From contig MU006092.1 of assembly GCA_010093705.1 (NCBI GenBank), positions 130,623-194,622 on the forward strand: DNA of 64,000 nt, written 5' to 3'. Under the pieces are notes generated by a model. The model was not told where the DNA came from. It worked only from the letters and a program-made list of their open reading frames with translations, and searched no databases. Position 1 is the stretch's first letter, and each line of letters starts with the position of its first letter. This DNA is from Patellaria atrata CBS 101060. Taxonomy: Eukaryota. Positions 25,807-38,719 of this stretch are shown piece after piece. The position numbers and the translations under genes are program-made.

Positions 25807-27369
25807 AACCATAAGGTTGTAATGATAATGAATGAAGATCTGATAGATTGGTATGAATTCTTAGTTATACTACGTCCTCTAGACTAACGCTCCTCTAGTG
25901 ATTTGAGCGTGTAAAATATCAGTTACCTATAGGTGTGTCAAAATTTTAGGGGAGCGAATTAGATCGGACTCGAAAGCTTGCCATTTGTCCGGAAACGCCC
26001 ATTGCAATTAGAGCTCTATAGAGAAGACCAGAAAAGCTAAAAGCGAACAGAAGAAATCCCAACGGGAATGGGACTGGAACACGATTCATCCCGAAAATTC
26101 TTATCCACAAAGCGAAGCCCCCTTTTCCCTATATAGGGGGGTATACGGGGACATGAAGACAGAAATCCGTTTTTAGTGTTCGTCTCGGGGTCTAAAATCA
26201 ACCATACCACCTAAACCTCCATTCTGTGACAGCTTCTGCATTTCTCCTTAGCATGTTTTCGTTTTGTGCGTTTCTTAAGTCTTGCTACCTCCTTAGGCTC
26301 TTTCTTGACATGGTGGCCAGAACCAAACTTATTCTGTCGTATCTACATACACCCTAGTAAGTTTCTGACATGAGTTTCTATGCAGCTGTATCTGTGACGG
26401 CAAAGTCGGTTTACTCTGCTCCAGCTCAAACGATACCTAACTCGTAGAGTCGATGGTGCTTTTGGAGACCTACTGTTTCAATGTTAGCCTAGCCATTGTA
26501 AAACTAGGATTGGCGTCTCTCTTATTTAGGTGCTCAGTAGATGGAGAACCTCGCTATCTCGCACACTCGTGAGACTTAGAGATTCAGAAATGATTATCAT
26601 ATAGAAGTGACGTTTGAGATTCTCAATATCATAACAGAAGACATAAAATCTAGATACTTGAATAAGGTATTGGACTCATTCGATATCACAACTTCAGTTT
26701 TCCCGAATCTCATGCGGAATTTCTCGGGTATAGTATTAAAGTTATATTTCCACTTCAACATAGTGCTCCGTAGCCACAGCCGAGTCGAAGTGGCGTTAGG
26801 GGAAAAAGCAAAATAAGACATACAGTATCTCTAATTCTCACCATCGAATAACGAATTATCGGCAAGAACATCGAGTAGTTCCCCGGTCGTCAAGCCTAGC
26901 TATTCTGCAAAGCGGACTTAATGCAAGACGCTCGAACAATGACTCGCGCCAAAACTATACACCACACCCCACCACTACAGTATGTACTAATTCTATAACC
27001 TGTACACAAGTACTACCGAGCAATCAGCTGGGACTTAGGCGGCCCCACCAGAATGGTACCAACTGTGTCTATCGCGGCTATCACAGTCTTTGTGGGACCT
27101 AGTCGAGAACCGAAGTCGTACGTACATGCTTGACATGCTGTATTAGCAATTATACGAGTGGAGACTGTGCCGCTTGTAAAAATGACTAGAGCATCCTTCC
27201 CACTACGAAAGTATGTGCGAAGATATTTGATAATCCGCGAGAAATCGGAAAGTATATTGTTATAGCTACTTCTATAGCAATGAACTTTGCTGTGCAGACT
27301 CAAACTGGGAGCTAACTCGACTACATTGTTCAATAACTGATATTTTTCGCAAGAAGAGGTGAGGTCAAG

Positions 27370-29042
27370 ATGGGAATTATCAACTTGTCTGGTAATCCCA
27401 GTGTACCATCAGTCACCTCTCTGCAGGTTGTGGGTTATGGAGTGCTCATACTTGTTCTTTACGTGAGATTCGACTGTTTCGCGATCGATATCAGTATTCT
27501 AATCGCTCACAGTTCATTTGCAACGCCATATACCGTCTCACCGTCCATCCCTTAGCCAAATACCCAGGTCCATTCTGGCAGAAACTCTCAGACTGGCCGC
27601 TCATCTTTCAATGTTCCGCCGGGGACCGCCATCTGAATCTCCTCCAGGCGCACGAAAAGTATGGCTCCGTCGTACGTACCGGGCCGAACACATTATCATT
27701 CAACACAGCAACCGCGCTCTACGCCATTCATACGGATCGTAACGCCAATGTGAAACGTGCGGAGTGGTACAAAACCCTCGATGCTTCTACAGGCGGCTTC
27801 AGCACTCAGTCCGTCATCGATAAGCATGAACATGCCTTCCGCAGACGCATCATGTCCCAAGCGTTCTCCGAAAAAGCATTACGAGACGCAGAGAAGTTCA
27901 TCGCCAATAACGTCCGTACACTCATCCACGGCATCGGCGAAGGCGCGGGTGTTGGGGAATGGACGACCGCGCGCAACTTCAGTGACTGGGCGACCTGGTA
28001 CGGTTTCGACTTCATCGGGGACTTGAGCTTCGGGTCCAGTTTTGACCTCCTCACGAGCGACGAGCACCGCTATGTCCCTGGTGTCTTGATGGGAACGAGT
28101 AAGTTCCTGTACTACGCCGGATACCTCCCCTTCGCCTTCCTCCTACGTCCCATCCTCGGGACCCCGATCCTCTCCATGTTGGGAAGCCAAGCCGCAAAGG
28201 ACTCGGTCAAGTTCACCAACCTCGCGAACTCCCGTCTCGAAGCACGGATTGCGCTCTCCGACGCGGCGGAGAAGTCAGGCCAGGAGACGCGCAAAGACAT
28301 CTTCCACCACCTACTCTCAGCGCGAGACCCAGAAACCGGGCGTAGCTTCACCATGACACAGCTCCAAGCCGACAGCGGTCTCCTGATCGCGGCCGGGAGC
28401 GACGGCGTCGCACTCACCCTCTCCGGATGCCTATTCTACCTCCTGCGCAACCCGCACACTTACGAGAAACTCGTCGCCGAGATACGTTCCGCCTTTGATG
28501 ACGCAGAGGACATCGGGATGCCCAAGTTGGCGTCACTGACCTACCTGACCGCGTGCATCGACGAAACCCTCCGCATCTCCCCCGCCCTGCCCAGCGCAAT
28601 GCCGCGCGAGGTCCTCCCTGGCGGCCTCAGCGTCGACGGGTTGCACATCCCCAGCGGCATCGACGTCGGGGTCGCCGCGTACTGCATCCAGCACAACTCC
28701 ACCTACTACCCGTCCCCTTGGGCCTTTAGACCCGAACGTTGGATCGTCGACGAGTTCACGGGCGTGACGGCTGAGAGCGTGAAGACGGCGAGGAAGGCGT
28801 TTTGCCCGTTCAGTGCCGGCCCAATGAACTGTGCGGGGAAGAACATGGCGTATCTGGCGCTGAGGATGGCGTTGGCGAGGTTGTTGTGGGTTTACGATGT
28901 TAGGGCGAGAGGGGGGGTTGCGACTGGAGGTGGGAGGAGAGGGGATATGGGGGGTAGAGAGAGGGAGGAGGAGTATCAGATTGTCGATTTCATTGCGGGG
29001 TATAGGGATGGGCCGGTTGTAGAGCTGAGGAGACGGATTTAG
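27370..29042 (+). CDS. Cytochrome P450 monooxygenase
   Basis: N-terminal TM, HPLAKYPGP, an ExxR motif (ETLR), PERW and heme motif FSAGPMNCAG. One intron at about 27462-27512. Confidence 0.95.
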
Positions 29043-29812
29043 GGGGGAAGTTCGAGATAGGCCAATGGGAACAGCGAAGGCGCTTGGGGAACGGTGAGCC
29101 ATGAGGTGGTGAGTTACGTTTACGATGGTCATTTTGTTTTGGATTGGTTCATGAGGTTCACGACTTATGACAGAAGATTTTAGTGAAAGGGGGTGATTTG
29201 AAACAACCACTGTGAAGATCGATGATACTCCGACCCGCCGCGTGGCATTTCTTTTGAGGTAGGTAGTATTTTAGCACGGTGATTCTAGACTCAAATTCCC
29301 CGTATCATTCCCAGCATGTCATTTTCTGTGCCGTAAGCCACTACACGCCTCCTAGTTGCCCAGGCTCCTGGTACTTGGGTGCGTTCGAGGCTACGACGCC
29401 TATGCAAGCCAACTGACCTGACAGGTGGTGAGTAGCAAAAATCGTGAGTCGGCGAGGTCGAATGGTGATTTGTTTTGCACACGAGGTGCATGAACTTGAG
29501 TATGTTTTAAGGTTTGTGGCGGTGTGATGGTCTCGCACGGTATGCTTGCTTTTGAGTGGAATAGGACTGTCCAATCGGGAGCGGTATCAATAGACAGAAG
29601 CTTAAGCAGCCAAACGAAAGGGGGAGTAACACACCCATCATCATTTCTATATATTCATAAATCGAGTGTATATAACTATATTCGGCTTCCTCTTTGCCAC
29701 AAATAGTAACGAAAATGCGTAAAATCGCGTCGTAAAGTAAGCCGCCCTGGTCGTGATGAACAATAACCAGAAACTCCGCCGTATGCTTTTGTTTATACCC
29801 TGTTATGGAGCC

Positions 29813-31616
29813 CTATTGCTCATGACGTAGAATATCCTCCATAGTATTCGGCACCCTGAACCTCTTCTGCCCTGACGTGAACCAATCTCCCAGACCCACT
29901 AAGACAGCCGCACCCATGATAGGACCAGCATAGTTCATGGTCTCTGCTGTTACGGGCCTGAATATAGGGAAGGGGAGGAAAGTAATGATGAACAGCCCGT
30001 AAATGAGGGCGAAGATGTTGACGAAGATGCCTAACTTGCCCATATGGAACGGACCCGGGGACGGGGCGCGGCCTTCCAACTTGCGGATGGTAAGGAGCAG
30101 GATGGGGAGCCAGTAGGACATGTATAGACCAAGGGTGCTGAGGGATAAGATTGCATAGAAAGCGACCGTGGAGCCGATGTTTATGAGAGCTAAAAGGCAG
30201 CACATGGCACTGAGGAAGCCTAGTGCGTTGACGGGAATCTTCAGTGTCGGGTGGACCTGAGAGAAGAAGTCCGAGAAAGGCATTCCACGATCACGAGCAA
30301 ATGCCCAAATGAGACGAGAGACCGAGGCAAAGATACTGAAGCAGGAGACGAAGACAACAATCATGATCATAACCATCATGACGTTGGTACCGGCCTTGGA
30401 CTTTGTCGCTTGGTAGTAGACCTCGATGATGGGATAGCCGGTAGGGGAGGCGAGGACCCTGTCGAGATCCCCAACAGTGAACAGAAGACAGATGACGAAG
30501 GCAAAAGCAAAGGTGCCGTTGAGGATGACAGTCCAAACCATGCTCCACGGGACCCGACGAGGAGCATCCTTGACTTCGTCACTCATGTGGAGGACACCAT
30601 CAAAACCTGGAAGGGGATATGTTAGTAGATGTAACTGGAAGGTGAGGAATGATAGACTTACCAACAAGAGGGAAAGTGGTGGAGAGCAAACCAATGCACC
30701 ATGATACACCATGACTTTCCCATCCGCTTTGATCCCAAACACCCGTCTTGAAGACGAATTCCGGTGTGCTCCGCGGCGCCATGACGCAAAGAATTACGAC
30801 GGTGCAGATGAAGAATATGAAATGACAGACGCCACCAACAATCTCTACAACGGGGAGAATCTTGCGTGCGTAGATGTTCCAAATGACTGGGATGGCAACG
30901 AAGGCCCAAGCTAATAAGGTGGCATGCCATCTTTCCGGGACATAAGTCTCATAATTGAAGATGATGAGGCCTTGTGTGATGGTTCCGAGAAGGAAAGGGG
31001 TAAGAGCGCAACCAGATATCCAGGCGAAGACCTATACATCTGTATTAGAGACGAAGGTTCAATGTCGTACAAAGATGATGGTCTCACCGTGACCCATCCC
31101 TGAAGCAAACCCCAGAAATTCGGTTCCATAGCCCTGGGTGCGTACAAAGCTGACCACCGGTATTGTGCTCCAACAGTTGGGTTACTCAAAAACGGTCAGT
31201 AGATTCGTACACCCATCTGTGGTATAGAACTTACATGGAAGCCATTTCACCTAGCGATGCGGCAATCGAAAGGGAACCGATAATAGTGAGGATCATCCCG
31301 TAGAACAATGAAACCGGACCGCCATTGAACATGGCCGCTTGAAAAGTTAAACCGATTGCCTCCCATGATGCCTGAAGTGTCAATCCAAAAGCCACCATAG
31401 GCTTCAGGTTGAGGTATCGCTGTTCATGTATTATTAGCCGTCTGAGCTTCGCAAGATTCGGATCGGCAGAGAGCTCACATCAAGGGCCGTTTGAGTTCGG
31501 ACCGTGCCTGTATAAGGATCAACCTTAACCTCCTCTGAATCTCCATTGGCGCTGTGGACAGAAACCTGCGACCTGTCGGCCAATTCGACGGCTTTTCCTG
31601 CTTCTATCTGGCTCAT
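29813..31616 (-). CDS. APC-superfamily amino acid/choline/GABA permease (Hnm1/Uga4-like)
   Basis: Motifs NGGPVSLFYG, EMASINPTVGAQYRW, GFDGVLHMSDEV, SRLIWAFARDRGMPFS and MNYA. About four introns. Confidence 0.92.
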
Positions 31617-34502
31617 GGTTGCGCGAGGCGCAACTATAGAAGTTGCGGAACGATGAGGGAAGAGAAAGCAATCAAACACAACGAAGCTCGATCACCCCTG
31701 AGCGCAGAACTCACAGCACTCGAAGTATGATCAGCGAGCGACTGCGTAAAGAAAGTCCGAGCAAAAGAAGGATACCATGGACCCTTCAGATGAATATATA
31801 AGAGGTGATTTTACCTGCTACAAGCTTATTTTTTAGTAGAACGATGGCGCGAAAAAACCACAAGTATGGGTTCCCGCCGTAAGTTACGAACTTGGGGGCT
31901 TGGGTAAAGTTCCAAGGGCGCCTCGACAACTTCGCCTATGAGCTGTCTAGTCAGCGTCCGGCAGTAGTATAACGCCACTTCATGGCCCTCAAACCTTCCA
32001 TTCATCGACGAGTCATGGAGGTGTGGGTGTTAATCAATTTGTTCGCCGCTCTTCCTATCAAATCCGATTCACCACCACCTCAAACTCACATAGAACCATA
32101 CCGTGTTCTCGGGGCAAGAAATCCCAACGCTGAGAACCACAGTTATTGTAAGATTGTATAAGAAAACACCGCAGGAATCTCTGTTTTGATAGCCGTGTTC
32201 TCGATCATGGTGGACGTGAGGATTCCGCAGAAAGAGATGCTGCATCCCACACATGTTGAAAAGCAAACATATTGGCACAGTCCACTGTCTTACAAATAAT
32301 GTTCGCAATCGGCGGGGCAACTCGCCAATCCGATATACGTTCTGGAAACCGCTGATCCATTCTTTGAGATTTGAGCATTTCGCAAGTCTTATCCGCTGAT
32401 TAGTCGCATTTGCCGCGTTACCGTCCGCTAAGATTAGGGAATGATATCTCTACCTTCGATTCTGCGCTCAGGTAACCGAATTCTTCAGGAACATGCGGAT
32501 AAGACATGAGCACAGAGCTTACTTGTTCGATTGATATCGCACTGACAGCATCACACCACGTGGTGGTCGTAAATAGACAGATGGTGGATATCTGGTCTGG
32601 AGGAGGATTATACTCCACCTCAATGCTGGTTACGTTTGTCTGAGTAGTGGATCAATTCCGAGTTAGCAATAGAAACGCTGTTGGACTTATCATTTCCTTC
32701 AAAGTACAAACTCAATGAAAGCACTGCAGTGATGTACTTTTTGAGAGACTCCCAGGGGCGATTAGCGTAGAGGAGAAACTTTGTCGAATTTCCCCTCACC
32801 ATGTGTCTTTTAACTTCTTTGAAGCCGAATATCGATACGGGAGGACCATAGCAACCACGATGATTACCTTATGATCAATGATTCGCGCGCACGCATGTTC
32901 TGTCGACGAAACGGGACGGATACGGCATGGGCGGGTCGTGCCTTTAGGCGTCCCCACAGAGTTCGTCTTAGAAATGGTGCTAAATCTTCTCCAGACTTCA
33001 GTATGGTAGTCAGTACCTTAACTAAGAAGGGCGGGCAGCTAACAGCTTTAGCACCATCCGTAGCTATCTCAGCTTCCGTTGACTTCCGGCGATTTTATTG
33101 ACTTGGGACTCTTGATTTGTGGCGAAGGATTTCTTTTTAAACGATTGGTATCGTCCTTGTTATCTTTCACCATGCCTCAATTTCCCCAAGACATATCGGC
33201 TCATCGGCTTCTCGCATTTGGTATTATCATGGCGCACCAACTAGAGCGAATGATAAGCACGAATACCGGTAAGGCCTTTCGGTTAGGTGGCGACGGATGT
33301 CATGAATGATTCGGAATTCCTTGTAATCGGCTTCCCGTCATCGTCACCGGCGTGGGACTGTGGCTCTCTATCGTCCCGCCTCTTTTATCCATTCGAACCT
33401 GTACCTGTCAAAAAGCAAATATTACTACTGTTTCGGAAAGCAAGGCTTGCTGCCTCAGAGTTTATTGACTCTTGTCCACACCAACAATGCCCAAGTCTAC
33501 AAAAGTACATTGTCTTCGAGGCTTAACATCCAGACGCAGGCACGAGAAAAAAGAATCCTGTGGAGAGTCCGAGTCGTTGCGTCTCAGCCGCATAATCTTG
33601 ATCCTCGAGATGGTTCCGGTATCATTGGCGAAGCATTCGAGAACTTCCTTGTCACGGGATGTTCCACTACAGAGTGGTCCTTGGTGTCTATCCTTTGTTC
33701 AGATCATCCAGTAGAAATGCGTGCGAAGTATAGATCACATGCCTTGACCTCTTATCGTCTCGAGCTATAACGGACTCTACTATAAGCTTTAACAAAGAAA
33801 AGAACGGTTCAAAATACGGGCACCCAAGGTAAACTAACCGTAACGATCACCATCCCTTAACTTTTCATAGTTTAGAGTTTTCTGTAAAGCGAAAGGTCAG
33901 TGCTGTACTTCCGTACCTTAGTCCTAGGGGGTTGAATGGTTAGAGTTCCGGCAGAGTTCCCCGTCCTATCAGTCTGAGGCAAGCTAAAGCCATGGTCTGC
34001 TCCTTGTACCCAACAGTCCCCATAAGGGCAAAGACGGGCTTCAAACAGGACCTGAGCTGCCCCTGACATCGTCTCAAGAGCGAATCTTCCCTTTGATATC
34101 GACTCTCCCTCCCCATCCTCGCCATCCTACCCGCGATGACGGGTCAGCTGGCGCACACTTCTGCATCTTCTTCCTCGATTTTCTTGCTTTATACCGGGCT
34201 CTCCCTTGTCCCCTCCCGAGGACGGGGCTGTTGAAAGTCACGATCATCGTCCTGGTGCCTGCGCTGCACACTCACGCCCCAATTTTTGAAACTTCCTTTT
34301 TGCATTGCATCTTTTCTTGTGCATCTCTCAGCTCAACGCTCTTTGGCTTGTTTAACATGCCATGCGTGCTCTTTTCACCGTCACCATCTGCTCTTCATCT
34401 TCTTACATATTCTCTCCTCCCTCCCTCGCTTGTATCACCAACGTCAGCTTCCCCACAGGCTCCTGATCCGAGGTCAAGCGAAAACTCGTGACCCACAACG
34501 AC

Positions 34503-35921
34503 ATGTCAGGTACAATCGCTCCAATCCAGGAACTGACGCCGGATAATCATGGACCCATCGTGAGCGTTGTAGCCTACATATTAGTCTTCACCTCTATCGT
34601 AGTCGCCATAACAAGGTTGTACATTACTGTCCGGCATAGACTAGACTTCGCATGGGACGATGCCGCCTATGTTACCGCATCTGTATGTTGTACTTGTACC
34701 TATACCTGTCCTATACATATCAGTACCCCCCCCCGGAAATATGATCTAACTTACATGCTTTAGGGCTTTGCGATCGCACAGAGTGTGGTATCAGAAAGAG
34801 CGGTCCATAATGGCCTGGGACGGCATATGGATACGCTCACGAGCGGCAAAATCAACACCTATTATAAACTCCTTTATACCGCCGGGCTCCTTGCCATCAT
34901 CGCGATGATATTCGCTAAATTATCCGTCATACTCCTCTTTCGAAGACTAGCACCCCAAGAAAGAACATGGCATTGCATCATCCTCTGCAGTTCCGTCGCT
35001 GTCTGGGGTATATTCTCGATCTTCGCCGTAGCATTCCAATGCAAAACCCCTCAACCTTGGGTTTTTACCAAGTCTAACTGCCCTACGTGGGGCAACCTTT
35101 ATTATCCTGTCATCGCCCTCAACATCGTCACCGACGCTATCCTCTCCATATTCATCCTACCCACCGTCTGGAAACTCAACATGGCCAAGAGCACCCGTCT
35201 CACCGTCATGGCTCTCTTCGGCGCCCGTGTCTCAGTCTGCGGTGTCGCTATCGGCCAACTCATCGTAACCGCCCAAACAATGCACCATCCCGATCAGACC
35301 CGGTACGCCGTCAAGCGTATCGCCCTCGACCTTATCGTAACCCACCTCTCCTCAATCACGTCTGCCATTCCCCGCATCCACGGCTTCCTCTCCGACCTCC
35401 AAACCGGCCGCATAGGTACCATGATCACCGAGCACGAATTCGAACTCACCCGCGGCCAAAAAGGATCCAAAAACTCTTCGAATCCTTCCCACAACAACTC
35501 CGGTCGTCGCCAGAGTTTTTCCCACCAGAACAGTGTCCGCCCCACCGCCACCCGCACAACCACGAACCTCACTTCTTCCGACAGCATGTCCCACTTACGG
35601 AGCGGGACCCGCTTCACCTCTCCCGCCGAACCCGCGCTGAAGTTGACGCCGGACACACAATCCGGGATAAGTAGCCGCATATACAGCGCTTCTGGCAAAC
35701 CCCGAGACGAATCGTTTAATTCCAACCCCCGCACTCCCAACGGTGCAGTAACCACACACTCGACGGACGAGATCGAAGACGACAGTAGCACCAGCAGCCT
35801 CAAGAAACACGGCGGCGTGGTGCAAAAGCGCGAATTCAGGATCGACGTCGAGTATCGTGATACCTGCTACGGGGACGAGAAGAGAAGCGACTGGGAGAGC
35901 AGTATGAGCGGTATCTCATAG
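34503..35921 (+). CDS. Pth11-like integral membrane protein (fungal rhodopsin-like domain, no CFEM)
   Basis: WDD, GLGRH, AKLSVILLF, FQC, NIVTD and LPTVWKLNM motifs, about seven hydrophobic segments and a Ser-rich tail. Intron at about 34683-34763. Confidence 0.85.
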
Positions 35922-36716
35922 GAACTCGGCTCCCGGGGGCGGGTCGATTTAGTTGTTTCCATCTGTTAACTTAGCGAGCGTGCGAGTGACTGTTACCTTA
36001 CCTAGCAAATGTGAAATGTTTATAAAGTAGGAAAGGGCGTTTTTGTGAGCGTGCCTGCTGATTTGGTTTGAGCGCGCTTGGCGCAAGAATAGGTCTGATG
36101 CGCGGAGCATCGTGGACAAGGCGTTTACAGTATCTAGCTGAGGTTCTTGTGTATATTGTATCGTACGGTGATGATGAGTGGGGGATTGTAGATGTGAGAA
36201 TATATGAGGGTCGTGTACATAGGGAACACGCGGGTGTGGTATGTATACGTTGGGAGATATTGCGTTGCAAAGCAACGATCCTAGGGAGGGGTATCAAAAG
36301 CCATAAGGCATTTACAGTAGAAAATTAGAAACTCAACTATGAAGAAAGACGGGAATAACTGCTGAGAGAAGCTCTTTCTTGATGAAAGTGTTATTTTGTG
36401 ACATGATTGAATCAGATAACCTTTCGCCGCGAGGCAGGACCCTTAGTATGGCTCGGCCGATCCCCGTAAGACCTATTTCGCCCCATAGATGAACCCCATA
36501 TGGTGTTGACAATCCATATGCTTATGGAAGAAATCATAACGCCGGTTAAACACTTGCTGTGATGTAACAGCGAAAATTATGAACCGCTGTCCGAAATGAA
36601 ACACGGCTCGTCCGATCACATACCACCTGTAATTGTGTACTCTTATGATTGAGTTTTGATCGGACGCCCCATAATAGAACCGCTGAAGAAGTCGTGCATA
36701 GAGCTGACCCGGAGGT

Positions 36717-37894
36717 CTATTCGTCGTCGCTGCAGAGATCAATGATTTCAGTATTGCTTGCGCTCGTGCGAGGAGCCTTTCTGGGACGCTCTTCGAGCAC
36801 GGTGATCTCATCCTCCTCACCGTTTTGCTCTTGAGTCTCTTCTCGTTCACGTTTGATTCCTTCCATCTTCACTCGTCCAGCAACGGCATTAAGTTCCTAA
36901 AGTTATCATTAGTATGACATTTGCGACAGGTTTGCTGTTAAAACTCACCCTCTCACGGCGTAAGAGCTCTCTCAATTCCTCAGGATTTAGCTCTTCAATA
37001 GGTCGATCTTCTAGGGCAACAGGGGTGGGACTTCGAGGTACAATACACAGGGATCTCAGAGCCTCTTTTACATGAGTTAGCACCGAACTCTGCCATCAGG
37101 ATATACACTTACGTAGTGACCGGTATTTGAAGTTGAACGCAGCAAAAGGTGAGTCCTTATCTATGTAATCCATGTTGAATGAAGTTCCAGGTTCGGCAGG
37201 TACTCCAGGCCCGAGTCTGTCAAATAAATTAAGATAAGGGAGCTGTGATATGATGGGACGAATTCGATTACCCAGCTTTGTGCGAAAGAGCTCGGCCTTT
37301 CAGCGCTTTTTCTGGGATGGTTCCAACATCCTTCAAAGAGAACTGTCTAGCGCTTGAACCCTTGGGCTCTCCCAGACGACCGCGCCAAACCTCTACGCTT
37401 ATTTGTCCTAGATTGTCAATCGTTTTCTTCTTCTCTCCAGACAAATGGCGAACATCACCGTCTCCTTTTTTTTTTTTTTGGCAGTCAGTCTAGTAACTTT
37501 TCAAAGTTAACGGGGAACTCTAACAATCCGTACCTATAGCAACATCCGAGAAACAAAACTTCTTAAAGACACATTGAGATCCCTCATGAACCGTGACACC
37601 GTTGAGCAAGGTAGAATTACCGTTCGCATTCTTGTATTCCGCCGCTTTAAAGAATGTCGATTTGACGGACTGACCGTCCATCCGTATATTGACTATGACA
37701 GCATACTTTTTGCTGATTTGAAGTTTGTTGGTCATGTTAACTTTCACAGCGAAATATGCGCCGGATTTCGCTTCGATGTATTTTGTGACGGACTTTCGTG
37801 CCCGCACAGCTTCCTCATCATCATATTCCTCGACGACATCATTGTCGACAACGACACTGATCTCGAGGCCAGGTATTCCCTTGATTACTGCCAT
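36717..37894 (-). CDS. Conserved fungal hypothetical protein (resembles the DUF7918 family as recalled)
   Basis: GLEISVVVD..EEYDD, TKYIEAKSG, IPEKALKGRALSH, PFAAFNFKYRS and ALRSLCIVPRSP motifs. Four introns by manual splice. Ends IIDLCSDDE. Confidence 0.75.
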
Positions 37895-38719
37895 GTTATT
37901 GTCCTGATTTTAATAGTCGTAACTGTGAAGGGCAAAATTTTGCAAGGAATAGGAAGGAAATTCAAATATCACTCAATGACTGGTGCAGACATTAAGTCTT
38001 AATCAAAAAGCGAAAGGGTTTGAAGGAACACTGACTGAAGTCCTGCGATGAGGAATTGACCGAACAAAGTGAACAAACGAACTAAGGGAACTGTTTAGAG
38101 TAAGCTACCTTGCACTGCCACTATGTTTGAAAGAGAGAAGTTGAAGAACGTGAAGCAAGGCTGCCTTAGAAGCTTTAGAGATTAAGGCTGCGTTTGAGGT
38201 CGAGAATAAACCGTGACGTTAGCGCATCTCACCCGTCGCGCTAGCCGCGCAATCACGTGTAAACGACAACGACGTCTTCGAAATGCAGATATCATTTTAT
38301 CACTAACATCTAGCATAATACGATAATTGAGCCAGATGGAAATTTATTTCATTCACGTACATAGACTACTGAAAACTGAATTCACAACCAGCAACCAGAT
38401 TCACCATTACAAAAAGTCACTCCAAAGCTCCTTCAAAGGGTTCTTCATCGGAATAAGACTGGAAGTAGTCAGATATGCAGAGAGTATTGGATTATGGTCA
38501 GAATCGAAACAACTATAGGGGTAGTCCTCCCAACGATACGCCAGAAGATGCAGCTCTCTATCGAGAAAAGCCGGAAGCTACCAGAGTCGTTACGCTTGAG
38601 ATACAGAAAACAAAGAGGGAATATAATGAAATTCGTGAAGGGGTATGTTTATCTGCGCCACACATAAAATCAACAGCCTATTGACCGGCACACGAATCGT
38701 ATCTTAGCCATCTTAGTAT

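Noticed and set aside
25920..26220. Possible transposon end or palindrome (cctatatagg, G/C runs) and a ttatccaca DnaA-box-like word
   Set aside because: No matching second terminal repeat, TSD or transposase was found, and a single 9-mer in a fungus is expected by chance.
27013..27333. ALVIFTSGT, resembling an adenylation-domain AMP-binding motif
   Set aside because: The motif is incomplete (no TGxPK) and no other A-domain motifs are nearby.
27750..29042. High GC in the P450 as a sign of horizontal transfer
   Set aside because: It has a normal fungal intron, and core genes here (ELP1 3' end, FOL3, ALG14) show similar C-rich then G-rich stretches.
32418..33770. Several short ORFs between the permease and the Pth11-like gene
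   Set aside because: No motifs, codon bias or consistent splice pattern. Treated as intergenic.
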